Positions 9,263 to 19,712 of a stretch of DNA of 40,372 nt are shown here, piece after piece (positions within the stretch are counted from its first letter, which is position 1; the number at the start of each line of letters is the position of its first letter). The translations under genes were made by a program, and so were the position numbers. The stretch spans positions 1-40,372 of the forward strand of contig JAHHIK010000079.1 in assembly GCA_019358935.1 (NCBI GenBank), given 5' to 3'. The notes under the pieces are model-generated. The model saw only the letters and a list, made by a program, of their open reading frames with translations. It made no database searches and was not told the origin of the DNA. The stretch comes from Tolypothrix carrinoi HA7290-LM1. GTDB lineage: Bacteria > Cyanobacteriota > Cyanobacteriia > Cyanobacteriales > Nostocaceae.

Positions 9263-10501
9263 TTATTTTTCACCCTCCATCTGTTGAATAATCTGCATCG
9301 TCTCCACACTCACAGTACAGACTCGTTGTAGTAAATCTATCACCTGTTCTTTGTAATCTGCAAAACGATAAGTATTGAATTTTTCGGCAATAGTTGGATC
9401 TTTTGGCTTCTTTTCTTTATATTGATCCAAAATCCACATCAAAGCGCAACGATTGCCTAAGTGATATTCCCAAGCGAGTTTGGGGACATCTTTTAGGGTT
9501 GTGACATCATCTAAAATGATGCTTTGGTTAATTTTATCAGCTTTTAGTTTCGCTTTGGGTGTGGTTTTTTTATCTTCTCTGCGAGAGACTTGTCTGCGAC
9601 ACGCTTTGCGAACATCAACACCCAAAGGTAAATCAATTCGTTTTAAAGGATAGGGTGCGACGGTTTCATAGTTGATGTGCAATTCCATCAACTGTTTACC
9701 CCAGCTAACCCATTGCTGAAAGTCATCGTAGAAGGGTAAGCGGGGAAATTCGCGTTTCAGGTTGAGTTCGTATTTTTCTCGGTAAACCGGGTTGTGTAAG
9801 ACTGCGTAGGTGTAGTGAAAGATATCTAATTTGGTAATTGTGGTGTCGTTGTAATGATTTTGGAATTGTTTTAATCCCCAGTCGGTGATGTTGTCGATGC
9901 GCTTCCCGTCTTTGTCGTAACGGTAGAGGGGAAGACATTGAGAATCTCCGGTCAGGTGTAAGTCAATGATTGAATTAGTAGCTAAACAATGAAATGGCTT
10001 CGTATTGCCCAAAGCTGAAAAAGCTATATATTTATTCTGTGAATTATTTTCCCGATAAATATCAAACCACTGATAAGTCCTTCCATTAAAGTGCTTATCA
10101 AAGTACAAATACTGTTTGCAAAAAGGTCTATAGACGCTGGATTTTATACTTGTTTCATCAAATACCTTTTTAATTCCTCTTCTAAAGTAGCTTCTTAAAT
10201 CCTCATCCCACTTTATCAATTCTGAAAATTCTTCCTGTCCTTTATTTTCAAATTTCTCTTGGTATGTTTGTACAAAAAAACTCATTTTTTTTGCGTCTTT
10301 TACTGTGCCATCGGGATAGACTATTTTGCCGTTTCGAGTTTTATAATCTAATTCTGGGATGAGTTGAAAATCTCTGGGTTTGCAATACTCGTTAAGTAAG
10401 TTTTGGAAGGCAACTCTTATTGATGTTTCTTTGCGAGAACCACCATATTGAATTATTTTTTCTACTTCTGTATGGTATTGAGTTACCAGAAGTTTGGACA
10501 T
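9263..10501 (-). pseudogene. Type ISP/IIG-like restriction-modification gene with a large in-frame internal deletion (N-terminal ~70 aa joined to the C-terminal specificity domain)
   Basis: The N-terminus ETSIRVAFQNLL...PDGTVKDA jumps directly to type ISP C-terminal motifs (YRPFCKQYLYF, IFHYTYAVLHNP.YREKY..NLKREFPRLP, AWEY.LGNR..L.WILDQY). There are no MTase motifs (no DPxxGTG, no NPPY). Confidence 0.75.
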
Positions 10502-10573
10502 GATTTATAAAATCTTTATAATTTTAGAATCTGTCCAATGTAACTTTATTGGTAATGAAAATAGATTCGGAAA

Positions 10574-10597
10574 GTTACGTAAAATATAATACGTAAC
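10574..10597. promoter_or_regulatory. Perfect inverted repeat GTTACGTA-N8-TACGTAAC containing a GTA-N8-TAC (NtcA-like) core
   Basis: Seen directly about 75 bp upstream of the type ISP remnant; function unproven. Confidence 0.35.
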
Positions 10598-10729
10598 TAA
10601 AAAAAAGGGGTGATTATACTGAAGGGATAAAAGCGGGGAGATGATAATTATGGAAAGAGAAGGACGCTTGGGTATCGCGTCACTAGGGTGGTGCGTTACT
10701 TCGTTAACGCACCCTACTTTGTTATGTGA

Positions 10730-12991
10730 TTATTCGTCGATTTGACCGACACGACGAATGTTGAGAATGTCGCTCATTTTCTTGATTTGGATAAATACTT
10801 GTTCAAGTTGAAAGCGATCGCTTACATCAATCCCCAAATCCATTAACGCTGGTTGTCCGAAAGCGGTTTTTACTTGAGCGTGACGGACGTTGATTCCTTG
10901 GTCGCTCAAGCGTGATAATATGTCTTTCAATACTCCCACTCGATCCAGCGCTTCAATTTGAATACTCACTGGGTAAGTTTGCGGACGATTACGATTTTCC
11001 CTGACACCATTCCAGCTAACTGGTACTAAGCGATCGCACTCCACTGGCTCTAAATTATGACATCCTTGGCGATGGATGGAAATTCCCCTACCTCGCGTCA
11101 CTGCACCAATAATCGACTCTCCGGGAATTGGCGTACAACACCCTGATAAATGATACACTAATCCTTCTACCCCAACAATTGGCGAATCGCTAGCGCGTCC
11201 GCTGGTTGCAGGTACATCGCGTAAGGCTTTCGCTGAAGGTATCGATGTAATTTCTATGACGTTTGTTGCAGGTTGTTGCGCCTTGACTATTTCTCGCCAA
11301 CGATTTAATACTAAGTTCAAGGTGATTTCACCGTAACCTAAAGCCGCTAATAAATCGTCCACACTATGATAGTTACACTTTTCGGCTACAGCTGACATCG
11401 CGTCTGACTTCAGCAAACTTTCAAAACCTGTTCTACCGAGTTCTTTTTCTAACAAATCTCGCCCACGGGCAAGATTTTCTTCACGGCGCGATCGCTTGTA
11501 CCATTGTTTTATCCGATTCTTCGCCGCAGAAGTTCTCACAAAGTTCAACCAATCTAAACTGGGATGGCTGTTCTTTTGCGTCAAAATCTCGACAATATCG
11601 CCATTTTGCAAGCGCGTTGATAATGGTACCATTCTGGCATTTACCCGCGCCCCCGCACAATGATTTCCTACTTCTGTGTGAATCCGATAAGCAAAGTCTA
11701 TTGTTGTGGAACCTGGACTTAAGGAAACTAAATCCCCCTTAGGGGTGAAGACATAAACATCATCTTCAAATAAATTATCTTTGATGCTTTCTAGATATTC
11801 TTGAGCGTCTTTCAGGTCACTTTGCCATTCCAACAACTGCCGCAACCAAGTAAACTTCTCATCTTGTGCTGTTGTCTGGATATTGTTAGAACCACCTGTT
11901 TCTTTGTACTTCCAATGAGCAGCAATTCCATACTCGGCTATCCGGTGCATTTCCTGCGTTCGGATTTGCACTTCCAAGGGACGACCTGTAAAACCCATCA
12001 CACCAGTATGCAAAGATTGGTAACGATTTGGCTTGGGCAGTCCGATGTAGTCTTTAAATCTACCAGGAATTGGGCGAAAGGCATCGTGAACTACAGCCAA
12101 AGCGCGATAGCATTCTTCATTGGTTTTAACAATAATTCGCAATGCAGCCAAATCGTAAATTTCATGAAATTCTTTTTGCTGGCGATGCATTTTTTGGTAA
12201 ATACTATAAAGATGCTTCGGGCGCCCGCTGACATCGATGACTTCAATACCGGCTTGCTGCAAGCGATCGCGCAAAGTTTTCGTAATTTTCTCCAGTCTTT
12301 CTTCTCGCGCTGCTCGTTTTTCGGCGACATGTGTTTGAATTTGGCGAAAAGATTCTGGTTCGAGATACTTAAATGCCAAATCCTCCAATTCCCACTTTAT
12401 TTGCCAAATCCCCAACCGATTAGCTAAGGGAGCAAAAATATCTCGCGTTTCTTGAGCGTTGCTGCGACGACTTTCTTCTGACATAAACTGCAAAGTTCGC
12501 ATATTATGCAGCCGATCTGCCAACTTTACCACAATTACTCGGATATCTTGTGCCATTGCCAAAAACATTCGTCGGAAGTTTTCTGCTTGGCTTTCGGTTT
12601 TGCTTTTGAAGTTAAATTTAGAAAGCTTGGTAACACCTTCTACCAATTGTCTAACTTCGGGTCCAAAATGCTCTTCTATTTGCTCAATTGTAATATCTGT
12701 ATCCTCGACGACATCATGGAGAAATCCAGCTGCTATCATGGCAGAACTTCCCCCCAAGTCGCGTAACAATCCAGCTACAGCTACGGGATGACAAATATAT
12801 GGTTCTCCCGATTTGCGGTATTGACCTTGATGCAACTCGTAGGCAAATTTAAATGCTCGACAAATCAAAGTTGTATCATAAGGCTTTTTGTCATCTTCTT
12901 GGGCGTTAGGTGCGGATGACTCTTGTAAACATTTTTTTAGCCAATCCGGAAGGGTGATTTCAACTGGGGAATTTATAAGTATACCGCTCAT
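10730..12991 (-). CDS. relA: Bifunctional (p)ppGpp synthetase/hydrolase RelA/SpoT (HD, SYNTH, TGS, ACT)
   Basis: RKSGEPYICHP, LHDVVEDT, KLADRLHNMRTL, KDYIGLPKPNRYQSLHT, TGS (DFAYRIHTEVG) and a C-terminal ACT domain. Start taken at MSGILIN (12991); the ORF track extends to 13045. Confidence 0.96.
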   Translation of the reverse strand: MSGILINSPVEITLPDWLKKCLQESSAPNAQEDDKKPYDTTLICRAFKFAYELHQGQYRKSGEPYICHPVAVAGLLRDLGGSSAMIAAGFLHDVVEDTDITIEQIEEHFGPEVRQLVEGVTKLSKFNFKSKTESQAENFRRMFLAMAQDIRVIVVKLADRLHNMRTLQFMSEESRRSNAQETRDIFAPLANRLGIWQIKWELEDLAFKYLEPESFRQIQTHVAEKRAAREERLEKITKTLRDRLQQAGIEVIDVSGRPKHLYSIYQKMHRQQKEFHEIYDLAALRIIVKTNEECYRALAVVHDAFRPIPGRFKDYIGLPKPNRYQSLHTGVMGFTGRPLEVQIRTQEMHRIAEYGIAAHWKYKETGGSNNIQTTAQDEKFTWLRQLLEWQSDLKDAQEYLESIKDNLFEDDVYVFTPKGDLVSLSPGSTTIDFAYRIHTEVGNHCAGARVNARMVPLSTRLQNGDIVEILTQKNSHPSLDWLNFVRTSAAKNRIKQWYKRSRREENLARGRDLLEKELGRTGFESLLKSDAMSAVAEKCNYHSVDDLLAALGYGEITLNLVLNRWREIVKAQQPATNVIEITSIPSAKALRDVPATSGRASDSPIVGVEGLVYHLSGCCTPIPGESIIGAVTRGRGISIHRQGCHNLEPVECDRLVPVSWNGVRENRNRPQTYPVSIQIEALDRVGVLKDILSRLSDQGINVRHAQVKTAFGQPALMDLGIDVSDRFQLEQVFIQIKKMSDILNIRRVGQIDE

Positions 12992-13280
12992 AAAATCGAA
13001 ATTAAGGTAATCTGTGGTTAAGTGGATGTACGAAGACAATGACATTGCCGCCTAATTGTTGCCTTAATTAGTAGGCAGTAAAAGCAGTGTTAGAACGATT
13101 TGCTGGCAAGAAGAATTGCTATCTTATCCGGTTTGAGTGTCAACAATCATAGCTGGGAAAATGGAATTATGGCAGCGTGCAGCCCCCTAGCATCATTTGA
13201 GGCGAGTAATTATAATAAAAGTTTAAAAAATCTGTTTGAGAAAAAAATCTTGACATTAATAGTATCTCAAGAAGCACTTA

Positions 13281-13637
13281 ATGTCTCTAAATCGCCAGAA
13301 CTATCACACATTCGCAATGTTGCTCCAGCAATTACGTGACTATACCACGACTGCTGAACTAAATGCGCCCGGACTGCGGCTGCGTGTGGCATCTTTGCAG
13401 CAAATGTTTCAGCAGCAGATTGTGCCTTTGGCTGATGAAGATGCTCAGACACCTTACAATTCAAGGGAACAGTCTTATCAAACCGAGATGAGCAAGCAAC
13501 TGCGCTTATTGGAATTGGATGTAATGTTTTTCCAAGGAGCGAGGCAACCAGCTACTGCTCAAGCTAGACTCCAGACAATTAGCGATCGCTTGACTACTCT
13601 AATGCAATACTGCGAAGCAATACTGCAACAAGAATAA
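13281..13637 (+). CDS. patD: Heterocyst frequency control protein PatD
   Basis: QSYQTEMSKQLRLLELDVMFFQGARQPAT...RL..L..YC signature; divergent from the RSH gene. Confidence 0.78.
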   Translation: MSLNRQNYHTFAMLLQQLRDYTTTAELNAPGLRLRVASLQQMFQQQIVPLADEDAQTPYNSREQSYQTEMSKQLRLLELDVMFFQGARQPATAQARLQTISDRLTTLMQYCEAILQQE

Positions 13638-13960
13638 CAAGCATGAAAAGGGAAAATTGGCAAGAAGTTTTTTTTTCTCGCTTTTACCTTCTCTGTTTAT
13701 ATTGTAAAGAAACATTACCTAAAAAAGTAACATATTTCATCTGCTAAGGTGTGGAAAATTTAACATTTGTCAGCACTTAGCTTGGGGTTTGGGAAGTTTT
13801 TTATAGAATACTAGGACGAATGGTAAAATAGCCCCGGTGTACAGTCAGTGTTTCGGATGCCTACTGAAGCTCCAACCCGTACACCTTATTTGTATCGATA
13901 ATCGAACTGGAAATAGTGAAGAACTCGAATTTCAGATTGCACGAATGGAAAGGTATTCTG

Positions 13961-14186
13961 ATGAGTCAGATTAATTATGCTGATATGTCTGATGAAGAAT
14001 TGAGGCAATACTTTCTCCAACATCGGCAAGACAAAATGGCACTTCAGGCATATCTAGATAGACTCAGTACACGTCCTTTGCAATGTAATTGCGACTTTAG
14101 ACGATCCTGATTTTGATGTTAAAGTTCAAGCAGCAATTCGTCAACAAATGCAAGCGAGAAACAGCCAAGGCGAATCAGCTGTCTAA
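13961..14186 (+). pseudogene. DUF6887-like small protein, frameshifted near 14075; a degenerate DUF6888-like partner lies upstream (~13840-13965)
   Basis: MSQINYADMSDEELRQYFL...AYLDRL continues in the +1 frame as VIATLDDPDFDVKVQAAIRQQMQ...*. Confidence 0.55.
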
Positions 14187-14345
14187 TATAGCATTGTACA
14201 TTCTTCGGCGTTGCATAAAGTTCGTAGTAAGGGCTTTAGCCCTTGAAATTGAGCGATAAATCGCTCACGCTTTGAAAATACATCTGATACACTATCTTAA
14301 ATTTGAAATTATAAAGGCTGGTAGCGATCGCCTACATGATAAAAT

Positions 14346-16064
14346 ATGAATGAAGCTTTATTCCAAATCGAAAATCTGCGCGTTGCCTATCCTCACCGTG
14401 GTGATGAAGAACTCAGATGGGCGGTTGATGATGTCTCTTTTACTCTGCAACCCGGTGAAAGAATGGGATTGGTGGGAGAGTCAGGTTGTGGAAAATCAAC
14501 TTTGGGACGTGCAGCGATGCGCTTATTACCCTCATCTACCCGTATTGAAGGACGGGTGATGTTTCAAGGGCAATCGGTATTTGATTTAAATCCCAATCAG
14601 TTGCGAAAATTTCGGGGAGAAGCGGTAGCGCTGATTTTTCAAGATCCGATGACACGGCTAGATCCGTTGATGACAATCGGTAAGCACTGTTTAGAAACTT
14701 TGAAGGCGCATTCACCTAGTTTATCAACTAAACAAGCGAAAGAAACAGCGATCGCCACTTTAGAAAAGGTGAAAATTCCTGCCACTCGTTGGAATCAGTT
14801 TCCTCACGAGTTTAGCGGGGGAATGCGGCAAAGAGTAGCGATCGCTTTAGCTTTACTTCTCAACCCGAAGTTAATTGTTGCCGATGAACCGACAACGAGT
14901 TTAGATGTCACGGTTTCCGCACAAATTTTACAAGAGTTAACCCGATTGTGCGGTGAAGAGAATATGGGATTGTTGCTAATTTCTCACGATTTGGCAATGG
15001 TAGCAGAATATTGCGATCGCATTGGGGTGATGTATGACGGCAAAATGGTAGAGAAGGGTGCTACCGAATCTGTATTTAGAGAACCTCAACACGAATACAC
15101 GCGATCGCTTTTACAAGCAGCTTTGCACATTCAATCTGTGGATGAGTTAGAGACTGGGGACTTGGGACTAGGGACTGGGGAAAATTCCCAATCACCGATT
15201 ACCAATTCCCAATTCCCAATTACCAATTACCAATTACCAATTACCAATTCTCAATCACCAATTTTGCGGGTAACGGAATTACAGCAACACTATAATATAG
15301 AACCCAGCTTTATTGAACGCCTATTTAAAGCGCAAACTCAGACAATTAAAGCAGTCGATGGTATTAACTTAGAATTGTATCAAGGAGAAATTCTCGGATT
15401 AGTTGGTGAGTCAGGTTGCGGTAAAAGTACGCTATCGCGGACAATTTTGCAATTAATTCGTCCCACTGGTGGTAAAATCGAATTCTTCGGAAAAGACTTA
15501 ACTAACTTATCGAGTCAAGAAATTCGCTCTTCCAGAAGACAAATGCAAATGGTGTTTCAAGACCCTCATGCTTGTCTCAATCCGGCGATGACTGTAGGAC
15601 AAAGTATCGCTGACCCTTTGTTAATTCATCATATCACCAATGCGGAACAAGCAAAAGAACAAGTGCTGTTAATGTTAGAGAAAGTCGGTTTAAAGCCGGC
15701 ATCCGTATATTATCAGCGTTATCCATCGGATTTATCAGGTGGACAACAACAAAGAGTAGCGATCGCACGCGCTTTAATTACTCGTCCCAAACTGCTGATT
15801 TGCGACGAACCGGTGAGTATGTTAGATGCTAGCGTGCAATCGCAAGTGCTGGATTTGATGTTGGCATTAAAAGAAGAGTTTGATTTAACTTATTTGTTTA
15901 TCACTCATGATTTGTGGTTAGCGAGATTTTTGTGCGATCGTATCGCCGTGATGAATGGTGGTAAAATTGTCGAACTAGGTGCAACAAAACAGATTTTCGC
16001 CAATCCTCAACACCCCTACACCAAAACCTTACTAGCTGCTGCTCCCTTACTAGCACGAGCTTAA
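14346..16064 (+). CDS. Dipeptide/oligopeptide-type ABC transporter ATP-binding protein with two fused ATPase domains
   Basis: Two GESGCGKST Walker A motifs, FSGGMRQR/LSGGQQQR signatures and HPYT motifs; STRR-derived linker. Confidence 0.93.
   Translation: MNEALFQIENLRVAYPHRGDEELRWAVDDVSFTLQPGERMGLVGESGCGKSTLGRAAMRLLPSSTRIEGRVMFQGQSVFDLNPNQLRKFRGEAVALIFQDPMTRLDPLMTIGKHCLETLKAHSPSLSTKQAKETAIATLEKVKIPATRWNQFPHEFSGGMRQRVAIALALLLNPKLIVADEPTTSLDVTVSAQILQELTRLCGEENMGLLLISHDLAMVAEYCDRIGVMYDGKMVEKGATESVFREPQHEYTRSLLQAALHIQSVDELETGDLGLGTGENSQSPITNSQFPITNYQLPITNSQSPILRVTELQQHYNIEPSFIERLFKAQTQTIKAVDGINLELYQGEILGLVGESGCGKSTLSRTILQLIRPTGGKIEFFGKDLTNLSSQEIRSSRRQMQMVFQDPHACLNPAMTVGQSIADPLLIHHITNAEQAKEQVLLMLEKVGLKPASVYYQRYPSDLSGGQQQRVAIARALITRPKLLICDEPVSMLDASVQSQVLDLMLALKEEFDLTYLFITHDLWLARFLCDRIAVMNGGKIVELGATKQIFANPQHPYTKTLLAAAPLLARA
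15151..15263. repeat. In-frame STRR heptamers (GACTGGG / ACCAATT) in the ABC inter-domain linker
   Basis: Encodes ETGDLGLGTGENSQSPITNSQFPITNYQLPITNSQSP. Confidence 0.85.
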
Positions 16065-16085
16065 TTAAAAGTAGGGAATAGAGAA

Positions 16086-16281
16086 TTGGGCAATGGGCAT
16101 TGGGCAATGGGCAATGGGCATTGGGCAATGGGAATTAAAGAAGTTCAAGAAAGCGAGTGCGTGAATAAATACGATTCTTTCCATGCCCCATGCCCCATGA
16201 CGGCAGGTGCTTCAACGGAGGGAACCTCCGCAACGCACTGCCTCCCCAATGCCCAATGCCCCATGCCCCATTCCCCATTCC
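16086..16281. repeat. Inverted STRR tracts (TGGGCAA / TGCCCCA) with an embedded small hairpin repeat between convergent genes
   Basis: Directly visible. Confidence 0.8.
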
Positions 16282-17169
16282 CTACTCCCTCGAACCATAT
16301 AGCTCAACGAATCTTTTAAACAGCCACATAGTTTCGTGACTTGCAGATTTATTTGAATGAAATAAACGCTCTACATTTTTGTCAGCTAAAGCACGTAAAT
16401 AAGGCAAATCTTCAAATAATGTCAAACACGCAGCAAAATGCAACATTATTTGCAATATTGGTTTATTCCATTCTAAATCGCTGTAAATATCTATAAAGAA
16501 TTGATGCTCAGTATCCGTTAAAGGAAAGACGTTAAAGATAACAATTATTCTCTTGTTATTGTAAACCGGAATACTCAGTTCTACAGTATAAGGATTGTGC
16601 AGTATTAAATCTACCTCAACAATTGGTTGTCTCCAAATCTTCAGAGGATTTACTGGAGAATCTAAAATTGTTTGAAATTTGATTATTCCTCCAATATCTG
16701 TAGCTTCTACATGACTGACATTAATAACTTTCAAGTTATTCAAGCTAAACTTGTGAACTGTTTCTAAATGCTTTAAACTCAAGAGATGATAGATTTGACA
16801 AAGATAAGGAAAAGGTAAAATGTATTCTTGACTAATCATATGTCGCTTCTTTAAGTCAAAGTTGCTAACTTGACTCGGACATAGATATCCTTCAGTGCCA
16901 TCACCGTTTAAGTTTGTCTCCGGTCGCAAATACAGCCAACTCAAAAAGAAGAAAGAGGCTGTCAATAGCTGGAGGATTTCTAAAGGAGATAAATACCCGT
17001 CAGCTAATGCAGCAACGCTTCTATCGCTGATTCCAAAAAGCCAAGACGGAATACCAAAAAGCCAGATACTATTTTTCAGGTTGCTGATAAAGATAGCAAT
17101 TTCTACTTCTAGAGGTAGATGATTGTTTGGAATTTCCTTACTATCAGTTTTAATAAGATTAACAGACAT
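16282..17169 (-). CDS. Hypothetical membrane protein
   Basis: 295-aa ORF with two N-terminal hydrophobic segments; no family recognised. Confidence 0.7.
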   Translation of the reverse strand: MSVNLIKTDSKEIPNNHLPLEVEIAIFISNLKNSIWLFGIPSWLFGISDRSVAALADGYLSPLEILQLLTASFFFLSWLYLRPETNLNGDGTEGYLCPSQVSNFDLKKRHMISQEYILPFPYLCQIYHLLSLKHLETVHKFSLNNLKVINVSHVEATDIGGIIKFQTILDSPVNPLKIWRQPIVEVDLILHNPYTVELSIPVYNNKRIIVIFNVFPLTDTEHQFFIDIYSDLEWNKPILQIMLHFAACLTLFEDLPYLRALADKNVERLFHSNKSASHETMWLFKRFVELYGSRE

Positions 17170-17621
17170 AACTTGATGTTAGTTACAAGATGGAATCAGG
17201 CTGATAGTACATATTTACTAAAAGCTAATTGAATCTACCTCTATCTTTAGCTGTAGATGCTTTTTCAAGAAATAAATGCAGAGATAGAATATTTACTTTT
17301 GCCAAAACTTATTTCTCAGGGATGAGTTATAAATCAAAATTTCTAAATAAACTTATCATTTAAGACTGAAGATTTAACTGTTAATTAAAAAGCATATTCG
17401 GCGCTATCAGAGCATTAAATAAGAGTAAGTATTTGTATTATGCATAAAATTTCACAACAGACTGCACAAGCCGCAGAGAAACACGCTCTTGCTTCACAAA
17501 AGCAGGGAAAATCGGTTTAGCGAATAAAAGTGCTGTTGTGTTATTAAATTCTGACACAGCTGTAGAATTGCTTCTGAAGTATGCTGTATTATTCTTAAAT
17601 ATTTTCTAAAAGACGGCTGCA

Positions 17622-18113
17622 ATGACTATCCGCCATGCCACTGAAACTGACTTGCCAACAATTGTAGCGATTTACAATGCGGCAATTCCTAGCCGCATGG
17701 CAACTGCTGATTTAGAGCCGGTGTCTGTAGCGAGTCGGTTGGCTTGGTTTAGTGGGCGATCGCATAACATCCGTCCAATTTGGGTAATAGAAGTAGAAGG
17801 TGTAGTTGCCGGCTGGCTCAGTTTCCAATCGTTTTATGGGCGACCTGCTTACCATACCACTGCGGAAATTAGTATTTATATTGCCCCTACATATCATCAG
17901 CGTGGCTTAGGGCAGCAACTTCTCGCACAAGCAATTCATCAAAGTCCTAGTTTGGGTTTAAACACTTTATTAGGTTTGATTTTTGCCCACAATCAACCTA
18001 GTTTAAAACTGTTTGAAAAATTCAGCTTTCAATCCTGGGGTTACTTACCTAAAGTCGCACAACTGGACGGTATTGAACGCGATTTAATAATTATGGGACT
18101 GCGAATTAAATAG
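17622..18113 (+). CDS. GNAT N-acetyltransferase, phosphinothricin acetyltransferase/YncA-like
   Basis: IYNAAI...ATADLEP, GRPAYHTTAEISIY, RGLGQQLL, HNQPSLKLFEKF. Confidence 0.88.
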   Translation: MTIRHATETDLPTIVAIYNAAIPSRMATADLEPVSVASRLAWFSGRSHNIRPIWVIEVEGVVAGWLSFQSFYGRPAYHTTAEISIYIAPTYHQRGLGQQLLAQAIHQSPSLGLNTLLGLIFAHNQPSLKLFEKFSFQSWGYLPKVAQLDGIERDLIIMGLRIK

Positions 18114-18203
18114 ATATTGTTTAATAAAAATTATCTTTACCAAACAATGTGACCCGCTTTGTGTATATTGAATTTAGAACAAGACAATTAAACGATAAAT
18201 TCT

Positions 18204-18425
18204 ATGTCTACATATAACGAAGTACGCCGTCTAGCCCAAAGCCTCACCCCTGATGAACAAATGCGGCTAATTGAGGATTTATCAAAGTCAATTCGTCAAA
18301 GAGTTACACTGACACCTAAGCCAAAGCGTAGCATTCTTGAGTTGGAGGGGTTGGGTAAAGAAATCTGGAATGGCATTGATGCTCAAGAATATGTCAATCA
18401 GGAACGCGACTCATGGAATGGATAG
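18204..18425 (+). CDS. Putative antitoxin of a VapBC-type pair
   Basis: 73 aa ending RSILELEGLGKEIW...AQEYVNQERDSW; overlaps the start of the PIN gene. Confidence 0.75.
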   Translation: MSTYNEVRRLAQSLTPDEQMRLIEDLSKSIRQRVTLTPKPKRSILELEGLGKEIWNGIDAQEYVNQERDSWNG

Positions 18426-18853
18426 TTCAGTTACAGGGGACAATTGTAGGCTTAGATACTGCACCGCTGATTTACTTTATTGAGCAAAATCCTACTTATT
18501 TGGAGATGATGCGGCTTTTCTTTAGAGCCTTAAATCAGGGTGATTTTATGGTTGTAACATCGGTAGTGACTATCCCAGAAGTGTTAGTTTATCCTTTGCG
18601 ACAAGGAAATATAACACTGGCTCAACAATATCGCGACATCCTGTTTAATTCCCAAGTGACTACTATTGAAGTTGTTCCAAATATTGCTGAAACCGCTGCA
18701 CAACTACGAGCAGATTACAATTTGAAAACGCCTGATGCTATTCAAATGGCTACCGCTATCAATGAAGGTGCTTCGTTTTTCTTAACAAATGATGGGCGGT
18801 TGCCGTCTTTACCAGGGTTATCAGTGTTAGTGTTGGATCAACTGATAATTTGA
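18413..18853 (+). CDS. vapC: PIN-domain (VapC) toxin
   Basis: GLDTAPLIYFIE, EVLVYP, LKTPDAIQMATA and FLTND acidic PIN motifs. Confidence 0.88.
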   Translation: MEWIVQLQGTIVGLDTAPLIYFIEQNPTYLEMMRLFFRALNQGDFMVVTSVVTIPEVLVYPLRQGNITLAQQYRDILFNSQVTTIEVVPNIAETAAQLRADYNLKTPDAIQMATAINEGASFFLTNDGRLPSLPGLSVLVLDQLII

Positions 18854-18932
18854 GTATTTTTTTGTCAGACGATCGCCCAAGCATTATAGTTGTTATGATG
18901 TGAGTTATTATTAATAACAGAGAAGCTATTTT

Positions 18933-19208
18933 GTGGACTCTATATTTAACTGGAAACCGGAACAGACTTTACTTGAAAAAGTCATAACTCTCGCTCGTAA
19001 AAAAGGTCAATCTCCTGAATCAATTGTCACTGAAGCGGTTAAGCTATACCTGGAAACTCAATTGCTAGAATCAGTTGATAATATTGAATCTGACCCATTA
19101 ATTGGCTTATTTGCAGCAACACCTGATTTAGCTATCAAGTCAGAAGATATTCTCCAAAATGAAGTAACAGAAAAATCTGGTTGGACATGGAAAGAACCCC
19201 AGCCGTAG
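18933..19208 (+). CDS. Putative ribbon-helix-helix antitoxin
   Basis: LARKKGQSPESIVTEAVKLYL and DPLIGLF motifs; overlaps the downstream PIN gene. Confidence 0.7.
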   Translation: MDSIFNWKPEQTLLEKVITLARKKGQSPESIVTEAVKLYLETQLLESVDNIESDPLIGLFAATPDLAIKSEDILQNEVTEKSGWTWKEPQP

Positions 19209-19603
19209 CTGATACGGGTTTCGTTGTAGCATTGTTAAATCGTTCAGATGCAATGCACAGTATTGTCACAACAATCTACACACAGCATCGGCAGATTTTG
19301 TTACCACAAGTACTGGCGGAAGTAGCCTATTTAGTAGGGCGTAATGCAGGTGTAAGGATAGTAGTAGCTTTTTTACAAGGACTATTTGCGAGTCGATTTA
19401 CTTTAGTAGCTTTGACGGATCAAGATGTAATGCGTGTTGCGGAAATCTTGGATGAGTATGCAGATAGTCGGATTGATTTTGTAGATGCAAGTGTTATGGC
19501 TGTAGCCGAACGCTATGGTAGTACAACAATATTTACCTTAGACCAGCGAGATTTTAGATTATTTCGACCTAAACATTGCGATAGCTTTGAAATTTTGCCC
19601 TGA
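19187..19603 (+). CDS. vapC: PIN-domain (VapC) toxin
   Basis: VADTGFVVAL, VLAEVAYL, IDFVDASVMAVAER and IFTLDQRDF motifs. Confidence 0.88.
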   Translation: MERTPAVADTGFVVALLNRSDAMHSIVTTIYTQHRQILLPQVLAEVAYLVGRNAGVRIVVAFLQGLFASRFTLVALTDQDVMRVAEILDEYADSRIDFVDASVMAVAERYGSTTIFTLDQRDFRLFRPKHCDSFEILP

Positions 19604-19712
19604 ATAAAAGTTGATGATAAGGCGATCGCATATTTTGAAGATGAGAGCGATCGCACAACTTTTTGAATCCACTAAGCAAACATAACACTATCATCTTTGA
19701 GTAAAGGTATTA

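Noticed and set aside
11801..12791. Plus-strand ORFs of 86-208 aa
   Set aside because: Antisense shadows of relA/spoT with no motifs; likewise the ORFs antisense to chlH, selO and splB.
13046..13280. NtcA box upstream of patD
   Set aside because: No canonical GTA-N8-TAC found by eye in this interval.
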